Source: a virus
UHGV virus genome: UHGV-1637634
Length of the DNA: 14,525 nt
Strand: one strand, 5' to 3'
Below, piece after piece: positions 8,325-14,525 of this stretch; positions within the stretch are counted from its first letter, which is position 1; each line of letters starts with the position of its first letter. A program made the translations under genes and the position numbers. Below the pieces are notes generated by a model, which was not told the origin of the DNA, did no database searches, and saw nothing but the letters and a program-made list of their open reading frames with translations.

Positions 8325-8327
8325 CAC

Positions 8328-8723
8328 ATGATCACTTACGTGACCTGTGATGACGTTGATAATGCGTTTGGGAACGCCTGGACGAGTGAGAACGCTAAAA
8401 ATAAAGCTGTTTTAATGGCTAATGCCTGGCTTAATGGCTTCAACCTGAAAATTAACCCATCCCGTATTCCGGAAGAGGTAAAACTTGCGGGAGCATATGC
8501 AGCCAGAATTGCCTCATTCGGTAAGTTGTTTCAGCAGAAAAATGATTCTGGCGTTGTTATCAGTAAAGCCGTGTCGGCTGACGGGGTCAGTGTATCGAAA
8601 TCATTTTCTGAGTTGCCAGCAAACAGCACTGCATTGCTTGAACCCGATTTACAGCTTGCGATAGCACTGCTGAAACCGTACGGACTTAGTCGCTCACAAG
8701 TCAGGGTTGTGAGGGGGGGATAA
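8328..8723 (+). CDS. putative head-tail connector / adaptor protein
   Basis: 131 aa; first of four small, tightly coupled genes between the capsid and major tail genes. Its stop overlaps the next start (TAATG at 8721-8725). Assigned by synteny with lambda/HK97-like siphoviruses. Confidence 0.5.
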   Translation: MITYVTCDDVDNAFGNAWTSENAKNKAVLMANAWLNGFNLKINPSRIPEEVKLAGAYAARIASFGKLFQQKNDSGVVISKAVSADGVSVSKSFSELPANSTALLEPDLQLAIALLKPYGLSRSQVRVVRGG

Positions 8724-9106
8724 TGGGGCTTCGTGAAGAGATTCAGTCAGAGGTTGCCGCTGCTTTTGATGAGGATTTAGCGGACGCCGTGAGTGATTTT
8801 TCTGGTTCTTACGTTACGCACCGGCACTGGGATCCTGTGACGGAAACTGGCGGCGAATCCACCGCAATCTATACCGGGCGAGGCGTGTTGACACGTTATA
8901 AGCTGGGCAGAATTGATGGGATTAATATTTTGCATGGTGACCTTAAATTAACCGCTCTGGTATGCGAGGTTACGGATAAACCAGCTGTCGACCATATTAT
9001 TGAGATTTATGATCCTGTATCAAGGCAGTTACAACGATACGAGGTAATTACAGCAAGTGTAGATCCTTCCGCATCAGTTTACTCTATCCAGTTAAGGAGA
9101 GCGTAA
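8723..9106 (+). CDS. putative head closure / head-tail joining protein
   Basis: 127 aa; start overlaps the upstream stop and the next gene abuts its stop. Assigned by position in the head-tail joining cluster. Confidence 0.4.
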   Translation: MGLREEIQSEVAAAFDEDLADAVSDFSGSYVTHRHWDPVTETGGESTAIYTGRGVLTRYKLGRIDGINILHGDLKLTALVCEVTDKPAVDHIIEIYDPVSRQLQRYEVITASVDPSASVYSIQLRRA

Positions 9107-9487
9107 ATGGCAAAGGCATGGGATATAGAACCGTCAATATTTGCCGGGATGATTGAGGAAGATGTAGGGCTGAAGATTCGCTACATCGCTATGCAGATTC
9201 TTACTGCTATTGATATTGCTGCTCCGGTTGATACCGGACGTTTCAGAAATAACAACCTGGTGTCGTTACAGCATCCCGATTTTGGTATATCTGATAACGT
9301 GGATCCGAACGGTACGATTGCTGTTCAGCGTGGGATCGGGGTTATTTCGAAAGCTGCAAATTACGGGGTTATTTATATCCAGAATAACCTTCCTTATGCA
9401 GAGGCTCTTGAAAACGGTCATTCACAACAAGCGCCAACTGGCGTGTATGCCAACGCTTTTCATGGTGTTTTACAGGCTTACAAATGA
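9107..9487 (+). CDS. neck / tail completion protein, HK97 gp10-like
   Basis: 126 aa; contains PVDTGRFRNN and LPYAEALENGHSQQAP motifs typical of the HK97 gp10 family of head-tail joining proteins. ATGA overlap with the next gene at 9484-9487. Confidence 0.55.
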   Translation: MAKAWDIEPSIFAGMIEEDVGLKIRYIAMQILTAIDIAAPVDTGRFRNNNLVSLQHPDFGISDNVDPNGTIAVQRGIGVISKAANYGVIYIQNNLPYAEALENGHSQQAPTGVYANAFHGVLQAYK

Positions 9488-9876
9488 AGTTTACTGAAAT
9501 CAGAAATACGGTTATTTCCAGAATGACGGCACAGACGATTATTGATGGAAAAGACGTATTGTATCCGAACGGGCCAACGTTCGATCCTTCCGGTAAGTTA
9601 ATCTGGGCGCGGTTAAGTAATATTCCCGGGCAGGCTGGAGTTAATGAAATTGGCGCGGGGCCGGTTGTTTATCGCACGGGGATAATCATTATTCAGTTAT
9701 TTGTCCCCGCAGGTTCTGGTTCAAAACTCATTACTGAGACAGCCGATAAATTGCGGGAACTGTTTGAGTTTCAGGATGACGATCGTCTCAGTTACCAGGC
9801 TGTTTCCTCAATAGCCGTCGGCGAAAAGAATGGCTGGTTCCAGCTTAATCTTCAAATTCCATATCGCGCGCTCTAG
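9484..9876 (+). CDS. putative tail terminator protein
   Basis: 130 aa; last small gene before the major tail protein gene. Assigned by synteny. Confidence 0.4.
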   Translation: MKFTEIRNTVISRMTAQTIIDGKDVLYPNGPTFDPSGKLIWARLSNIPGQAGVNEIGAGPVVYRTGIIIIQLFVPAGSGSKLITETADKLRELFEFQDDDRLSYQAVSSIAVGEKNGWFQLNLQIPYRAL

Positions 9877-9902
9877 CGCAATTAATGACATAGGAGGCTC
9901 CT

Positions 9903-10865
9903 GTGAGTTCAGGTGCAAAGGTTATCTCGGCATTTATCCGGGAGACAGTTGCAGGCACTACGCCAGCAAGTGGTGACTGGAGTTTATTAAAACGCACAAG
10001 CTGGGGAGTAAAACCCACCCAGAATAAAGGCGAAAATAATGAGATTGGTGGCTCCCGGATGGCTCAGGGGGCGACGCCTGGCACTGTGGATGTCGGCGGT
10101 GATGTTGGTACCAAATTTCGCTGGGGTCAACATGATGATTTTCTTGCATCCTGTTTCGGCGCGGAATGGTCAGGCGATTCTCTGACAATGGGGAATGAGC
10201 GAATAACATTTTCTCTGGCGACCTATGCGTCCGATGTCGGAATTGCCTCTGTCGTCAGAGGAGCGCAGGTTGGCTCATGGAAAATGCAGATCCCTAACGA
10301 CGGCGATATTACAGCGACCGTAACCTTTGCCGGGCTGGGCTGGGAATCAAAGGCCGATGATACGAATTTTATCAAAGGCGAACCTGTGGATAGTGCAGGA
10401 AAGTTACGCTATTCGTTTAAGGAGGTTTCAGCAGTAAGCCTGAATGGTGTTGCCGGAGGTAACGGTTTTTGTATCGACAGTTTTGATATTCAGTTCGATA
10501 ACAAACTCCAGACACAGCATTGTATCGGGACTGGCTCGCCTTATGCAGGAGCAAATATTCCGACTACTTTTACACCGTCCGGTACGGTGACGCTTTCATG
10601 GTCTAAAGCCGCGTGGGAAATCTGGAGTAAAACACTGACTGGAGAAACAGTTCCGTTCAGCTTCACGCTTTCGAATGGAGAGGGGGCATACACTTTCAGT
10701 TTCCCGAAGGTTCAGGTGTCAGGTGAATGGCCTGATGGGGGTAATACTGACATTATCCAGGTTCAATTGAGCATTACCGCAGCAGATGAAGCACCTACGA
10801 TAACCAGAAAAAAATGCTCCCCGACTGCCGTGATCGCAAAAGCCAGTGCTGATGCGATTAGTTGA
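9903..10865 (+). CDS. major tail (tube) protein
   Basis: GTG start at 9903 preceded by a strong SD, AGGAGG at about 9891-9896. 320 aa, immediately upstream of the G/GT chaperone pair. Position and size fit a siphovirus major tail protein. Confidence 0.65.
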   Translation: MSSGAKVISAFIRETVAGTTPASGDWSLLKRTSWGVKPTQNKGENNEIGGSRMAQGATPGTVDVGGDVGTKFRWGQHDDFLASCFGAEWSGDSLTMGNERITFSLATYASDVGIASVVRGAQVGSWKMQIPNDGDITATVTFAGLGWESKADDTNFIKGEPVDSAGKLRYSFKEVSAVSLNGVAGGNGFCIDSFDIQFDNKLQTQHCIGTGSPYAGANIPTTFTPSGTVTLSWSKAAWEIWSKTLTGETVPFSFTLSNGEGAYTFSFPKVQVSGEWPDGGNTDIIQVQLSITAADEAPTITRKKCSPTAVIAKASADAIS

Positions 10866-10877
10866 TTTTCCGTTATT

Positions 10878-10904
10878 CCCCCTGTGGTACTGCACTACAG
10901 GGGG
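10878..10904 (+). promoter_or_regulatory. perfect 8-bp hairpin overlapping the chaperone gene ribosome-binding site
   Basis: CCCCCTGT (10878-10885), 11-nt loop, ACAGGGGG (10897-10904). No U-tract follows. The 3' arm contains the GGGGG SD-like run about 9 nt upstream of the chaperone ATG at 10914. Confidence 0.4.
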
Positions 10905-10913
10905 ACGCATTGA

Positions 10914-11375
10914 ATGAGGTTATGGATGTTTATTCTTAATCAGAAAATTATCATCGGTGGAGAACGCTGGTTTACGCCAATGAAGGACTTAAAACCTGTA
11001 GACGGGTTAAAACTGTTGGTGGCAAGCAGCGATAACGATCAGTATCGCTCCCGTAATGCATTAATCCGTCGTCACATTGAGAAAATGGATGCCAGTTTGC
11101 ACGTCGGAACGAAGGAGTTTGATATTTCAAAAGTTTCCGAGGTAGATTCTGTTGATGATTTACTCATTGATAATGCTGCTCGTTATCTGCTGAAAGACTG
11201 GAAAGGGGTTGGTGAACTGGTTAATGGTGCTGAGGTTGCACTGGAATATACGCCAGAACGAGGGATCGCGCTGCTTAAGCAGAATCCAGAGTTGTACTGG
11301 CAGATCCTTGCAGAAGCAGCCAGCATCGCCCAGGGTAAAGAGCAGCAGAAGCAGGATACGATAAAAAAGCCATAG
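10914..11375 (+). CDS. tail assembly chaperone (lambda gpG-like)
   Basis: 153 aa ORF between the major tail and tape measure genes. Ends ...DTIKKP with the A_AAA_AAG slippery heptamer one codon before its TAG stop. Confidence 0.65.
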   Translation: MRLWMFILNQKIIIGGERWFTPMKDLKPVDGLKLLVASSDNDQYRSRNALIRRHIEKMDASLHVGTKEFDISKVSEVDSVDDLLIDNAARYLLKDWKGVGELVNGAEVALEYTPERGIALLKQNPELYWQILAEAASIAQGKEQQKQDTIKKP

Positions 11376-11683
11376 CCGCCCAGCGGTGGTTATCGGAGTT
11401 CGGGGGAGAAAGGGGGGAAAAGGCAAGATGGAAGCGAGAAAAACTCAGGTTGCCACCGATACCGGAACCAGAAATAGACCCGGTGCTTAAGGAATTGTTG
11501 TACGCCTATTCGGTAATATCCCGTGCCCGACGTTATGCTGGAATGACCGGGGTGCCTTTGCCTTTATCTCTGACAGAGATAAATGAATATTTAGCCACTC
11601 ATCCGGTATTGATTGAGCGCGATGAGTTTGAAGCAGTGATCTTTGCACTGGATGACCAGTATTTTCAGGAGCAGTGTGTGTAG
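10914..11683 (+). CDS. tail assembly chaperone frameshift fusion (lambda gpGT-like), made by -1 frameshift at 11363-11369
   Basis: The -1 frame is continuous from the slippery site into the ORF listed as 11450..11683. That ORF would otherwise need a TTG start and has no RBS. A G/GT frameshift pair at this position is conserved among tailed dsDNA phages. Confidence 0.55.
11363..11369 (+). promoter_or_regulatory. programmed -1 ribosomal frameshift slippery heptamer A_AAA_AAG
   Basis: ATA AAA AAG CCA TAG: AAA and AAG are zero-frame codons of the chaperone ORF. The -1 frame (AAA AAA GCC ATA GCC ...) has no stop from 11363 through 11683, which I checked codon by codon up to 11452. A short possible stem CCGC-cca-GCGG begins 7 nt downstream at 11376-11386. 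Confidence 0.6.
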
Positions 11684-11806
11684 TTGTTAATTACGTACAC
11701 TCTGTTACAGAGATGTGATGGTGTCTTTAATTAAATCGATGATGCTCCTGGAGAAAAGCATTGCGTGGCCTCGTAATCGCTATATCTACTATTATGTCGC
11801 CTGAAA

Positions 11807-11830
11807 CCCACTTCGGTGGGCTTTTTGTTG
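11807..11830 (+). terminator. putative intrinsic terminator/attenuator upstream of tape measure gene
   Basis: CCCAC-UUCG-GUGGG hairpin (11807-11820) followed by CUUUUUGUUG. GGAG at 11834-11837 and the tape measure ATG at 11847 follow. Confidence 0.45.
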
Positions 11831-11846
11831 TCTGGAGTTTTAATAA

Positions 11847-14492
11847 ATGGCAGAGCAAACCTCGCGTCTCGCAATAATTATTGATAGCACTGGAGCAAAA
11901 AATAATGCTGACAATCTGACCTCCTCATTAGTCAAAATGACGCAGGCCGGGGAAACTGCTGCAAATAGCGCAGGGAAAGTGACTAAGGCAACAGAAGATG
12001 AGAAGAACGCGCTCGCAAAATTAAAAGCAGCTATTGATCCAGTTGGTGCCGCAATTGATACTGTCGGTCGACGCTATTCTGAATTAAAGAAATTTTTCGA
12101 TAAAGGGCTTATTGATAAAGAAGAATATGAATTTCTTGTCCGTAAACTTAATGAAACCACAGAGGAATTGAGCGGGGTTGCGCAAGCGCAGAGAGAAGCC
12201 GAGAAGGCCGGAAAACTTGCTGCCGCCCAGCAGGAATCGCAGGCTCAGGCCTTTCAAAGAATGCTGGACAAGATCGACCCTCTGGTTGCGGCGCTAAGAA
12301 ATCTTGAACAACAGCAGGATGAACTTAATGCTGCGTTTGCATCCGGGAAAATAAATGGTTCTCAGTTTGAGAATTATAGCCGAAAAATACAGGAAACACG
12401 GCGAGAGCTTACCGGAGAGGCTCAGGCAGAGCGAGAAGCAGCAAAAGCGCATGATGAACAGGTTGCTGCTTTGCAACGTCTGATTGCTCAACTTGACCCT
12501 GTCGGAACTGCTTTTAATCGTCTGGTAGAACAACAGAAACAGCTCAATGAAGCAAAAGCTAAGGGGATGCTCTCTCCTGAAATGTATGAGGAACTTTCTG
12601 GAAAACTTCGTGCTATGCGGAGTGAGCTTGAGGTTACTCAATCTCAATTAAGCAAAACCGGAATGTCGGCAAAACAAACGGCTTTTGCTATGCGCATGTT
12701 GCCTGCACAAATGACGGATATTGTTGTTGGGTTGTCCACTGGTCAGTCGCCTTTTATGGTGTTAATGCAGCAGGGCGGCCAGCTAAAAGATATGTTCGGT
12801 GGGATTGGCCCGGCGATCAAAGGTGTTGGTTCTTATGTGCTGGGATTAATTAATCCTTTTACCCTGGCCGCAGCAGCCGTTGGCGTCTTAGGGCTGGCTT
12901 ACTATAAAGGCTCTCAGGAGCAGGACGAATTTAATAAATCTCTTATTCTTACCGGAAATCAGTTGGGGACAACCAGCGGGCAATTGGCCGATATAGCTCA
13001 ACGTGCCGGGAATGCGGCTGATTCGACAACTGGCGCTGCGGCGGCAGTATTAAATCAGCTTGTGCGTTCGGGAAAGGTAGCGAGCAGTTCGCTGGAGCAA
13101 GTGACGACAGCGATAGTAAAAACGAGCGAAGTAACAGGAATATCAACCGAACAACTGGTTAATGACTTCAATGAAATTGCAAAGGATCCTGTCAGTGCCA
13201 TATCAAAACTTAATGATCAGTACCATTTTCTGACAATTGCGACTTATAACCAGATTAAGGCGCTACAGGATGAAGGGAACCAGCAGGAGGCCGCCCGCAT
13301 TGCGACAGAAGCATACTCATCCTCAATGATCCAGCGCACCAACCAGATTAAAGAAAATCTTGGTTATCTTGAGACTGCATGGAAAGCTGTCGCAGACTCC
13401 GCAAAATGGGCATGGGATTCCATGCTGGATATTGGCCGTGAGGCCTCCCTTGATCAAAAAATCTCAGATGTTCTCCGTCAAATTGATGAAATAGAAAAAA
13501 ATACCCGACCCGGAGTTTTCGGGTTAGGTGGCATTGGAGATGGCGGAGCTCAAAATAAAAGGCTGGCACGATTAAAGCAGCAATTGGGCGTACTTCAAGC
13601 AGAAAAAATTGCTCAGGACGTCCTAAATTCATCAATAAACGATTACAACAAGCGACAACAGGAAGGAATTGAACTCAGACAGAGAGCAGATGCCTTTTCA
13701 AAACAATATCAGACCCGGGAGCAGCAGAGAGCTAGTGAACTTGCAAAACTGGAAAAGCTAAAGAGTCAGTATTCAAAGGAAGAATATAATAATTTTATCG
13801 CTCAAATAAATGAGCGTTATAAAGATCCAAAGCAACCAAAGGCGAAAGGTTATTCGGATGATGCTGCCCAACGAATGATTGATCATCTGAATCAACAGAA
13901 TGCGTTACTAAGTTCACAAACTGAATTAACCGTTAAATTAAGTTCCTCTGAACAGGAACTGGTTAAGTGGCGTCAGCAGATTGCCGACCTGGAGTCACGA
14001 CCGTCATCGAAATTAACCCAGGATCAGAAATCGCTTCTCTTACACCGGGAAGAAATAACCGCGTTGATGGAGAAAAATGTTGCGATTGAAAAAAATAACA
14101 GGCTAATCAAGGAATCCGCCGAAATAGCTGCATGGCGTGATTCATTGCAGGCTTCGATTGATAATCGTCAACAGGGGTATGATATTCAGATTGCTGGTTA
14201 TGGGGTTGGCGATAAAAATCAGCAACGCCAGCAGGAATTACTGCGGATTGAACGTGAATATAACAATCAGCGTCTGCAACTTGAACGTGACTATGCAGAT
14301 AAATCCCGTGGGATGTCAAATCATGTTTTTCAGGAGAAAATGCAGGCTCTGAATGATGCTCTGGAACGAGAAAAAGAAATTGTCAGACAGAAAAACGAGC
14401 AGCTCGATATTCAGGCAGGAGACTGGGTTAGTGGTGCCTCCCAGGGATTCAATAACTGGCTGGATGACACGGTAATGACTCCAACTTATTGA
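11847..14492 (+). CDS. tail tape measure protein (lambda gpH-like), C-terminally truncated by an IS1 insertion; probable pseudogene
   Basis: The segment [38 protein letters not shown]...[13 protein letters not shown] closely resembles the lambda gpH core ([38 protein letters not shown]...FNKTLVLSGNQAG, from memory). Long coiled-coil regions. The final 7 codons and the TGA stop (14471-14492) are read from the IS1 terminal repeat, so the native C-terminal part of the protein is missing. Confidence 0.85.
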   Translation: MAEQTSRLAIIIDSTGAKNNADNLTSSLVKMTQAGETAANSAGKVTKATEDEKNALAKLKAAIDPVGAAIDTVGRRYSELKKFFDKGLIDKEEYEFLVRKLNETTEELSGVAQAQREAEKAGKLAAAQQESQAQAFQRMLDKIDPLVAALRNLEQQQDELNAAFASGKINGSQFENYSRKIQETRRELTGEAQAEREAAKAHDEQVAALQRLIAQLDPVGTAFNRLVEQQKQLNEAKAKGMLSPEMYEELSGKLRAMRSELEVTQSQLSKTGMSAKQTAFAMRMLPAQMTDIVVGLSTGQSPFMVLMQQGGQLKDMFGGIGPAIKGVGSYVLGLINPFTLAAAAVGVLGLAYYKGSQEQDEFNKSLILTGNQLGTTSGQLADIAQRAGNAADSTTGAAAAVLNQLVRSGKVASSSLEQVTTAIVKTSEVTGISTEQLVNDFNEIAKDPVSAISKLNDQYHFLTIATYNQIKALQDEGNQQEAARIATEAYSSSMIQRTNQIKENLGYLETAWKAVADSAKWAWDSMLDIGREASLDQKISDVLRQIDEIEKNTRPGVFGLGGIGDGGAQNKRLARLKQQLGVLQAEKIAQDVLNSSINDYNKRQQEGIELRQRADAFSKQYQTREQQRASELAKLEKLKSQYSKEEYNNFIAQINERYKDPKQPKAKGYSDDAAQRMIDHLNQQNALLSSQTELTVKLSSSEQELVKWRQQIADLESRPSSKLTQDQKSLLLHREEITALMEKNVAIEKNNRLIKESAEIAAWRDSLQASIDNRQQGYDIQIAGYGVGDKNQQRQQELLRIEREYNNQRLQLERDYADKSRGMSNHVFQEKMQALNDALEREKEIVRQKNEQLDIQAGDWVSGASQGFNNWLDDTVMTPTY
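12009..12680 (+). repeat. three diverged tandem repeats of about 73-80 codons in the tape measure N-terminal region
   Basis: Protein-level repeats seen in translation: ...[12 protein letters not shown]...[17 protein letters not shown]; ...[12 protein letters not shown]...[17 protein letters not shown]; ...[12 protein letters not shown]...[14 protein letters not shown]. The (I/L)DP motifs lie at about 12033, 12273 and 12493. DNA copies are diverged, not identical. Confidence 0.4.
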
Positions 14493-14525
14493 TAGTGTTT
14501 TATGTTCAGATAATGCCCGATGACT
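14471..14525 (-). mobile_element. IS1 insertion sequence, terminal 55 bp (insB-proximal inverted repeat); element continues beyond window end
   Basis: GGTAATGACTCCAACTTATTGATAGTGTTTTATGTTCAGATAATGCCCGATGACT is the reverse complement of the IS1 right end as I recall it (...GTCATCGGGCATTATCTGAACATAAAACACTATCAATAAGTTGGAGTCATTACC). It begins exactly where similarity of the tape measure protein to gpH breaks off. Confidence 0.8.
14486..14525 (-). CDS. insB: IS1 transposase InsB, C-terminal codons only (partial; rest lies beyond window)
   Basis: The minus strand of 14486-14525 reads ...[12 protein letters not shown] stop, matching the InsB C-terminus as I recall it; the stop codon is at 14486-14488 in + coordinates. 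Confidence 0.6.
   Translation of the reverse strand, partial: VIGHYLNIKHYQ

Noticed and set aside
11450-11683. Independent 77-aa gene with TTG start
   Set aside because: No RBS and a non-ATG start; the frame is open upstream all the way back to the slippery heptamer, so it is better explained as the frameshift-dependent part of the chaperone fusion.
11761-11796. Possible sigma-70 promoter (TTGCGT ... TATTAT) in the AT-rich spacer before the tape measure gene
   Set aside because: Spacing between the -35-like and -10-like hexamers is about 23 bp, far from the 16-18 bp optimum, and no better pairing was found.
1-14525. Scan for tRNA, rRNA, CRISPR arrays, integrase or attachment sites
   Set aside because: No regularly spaced 25-40 bp direct repeats with spacers and no rRNA-like segment were seen; no tRNA-like sequence was recognised, but this was by eye only and was not a systematic scan. 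The window is almost entirely coding for structural proteins. Integration-module elements, if present, lie outside the window.

Overview
This window is the late (packaging, head and tail) module of a temperate siphovirus-type prophage from an enterobacterial genome, with every convincing gene on the + strand. The order is: a 5'-truncated gene with glycosyltransferase-like motifs, a small helix-turn-helix ORF, a long terminase small subunit, terminase large subunit, portal, Mu F-like head morphogenesis protein, scaffold, major capsid protein, four small head-tail joining genes, major tail protein, a G/GT-type tail assembly chaperone pair and a lambda gpH-like tape measure protein. Product names come from motifs I can read in the translations, recalled similarity to lambda gpH and IS1, and gene order; I could run no searches. 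The most notable points are: (1) the last 55 bp of the window match the terminal inverted repeat of IS1, which interrupts the tape measure gene, so the prophage is probably tail-defective; (2) a dnaX-type A_AAA_AAG slippery heptamer sits one codon before the chaperone stop, with the -1 frame open into the downstream ORF; (3) the terminase small subunit is unusually long and its gene carries phased TGCGCA/A-tract repeats that are a candidate pac site; (4) the partial first gene could be a glycosyltransferase moron. I found no rRNA, tRNA, CRISPR array, integrase or attachment site, and no convincing novel defence-type system; the accessory candidates are the first gene and two small ORFs.
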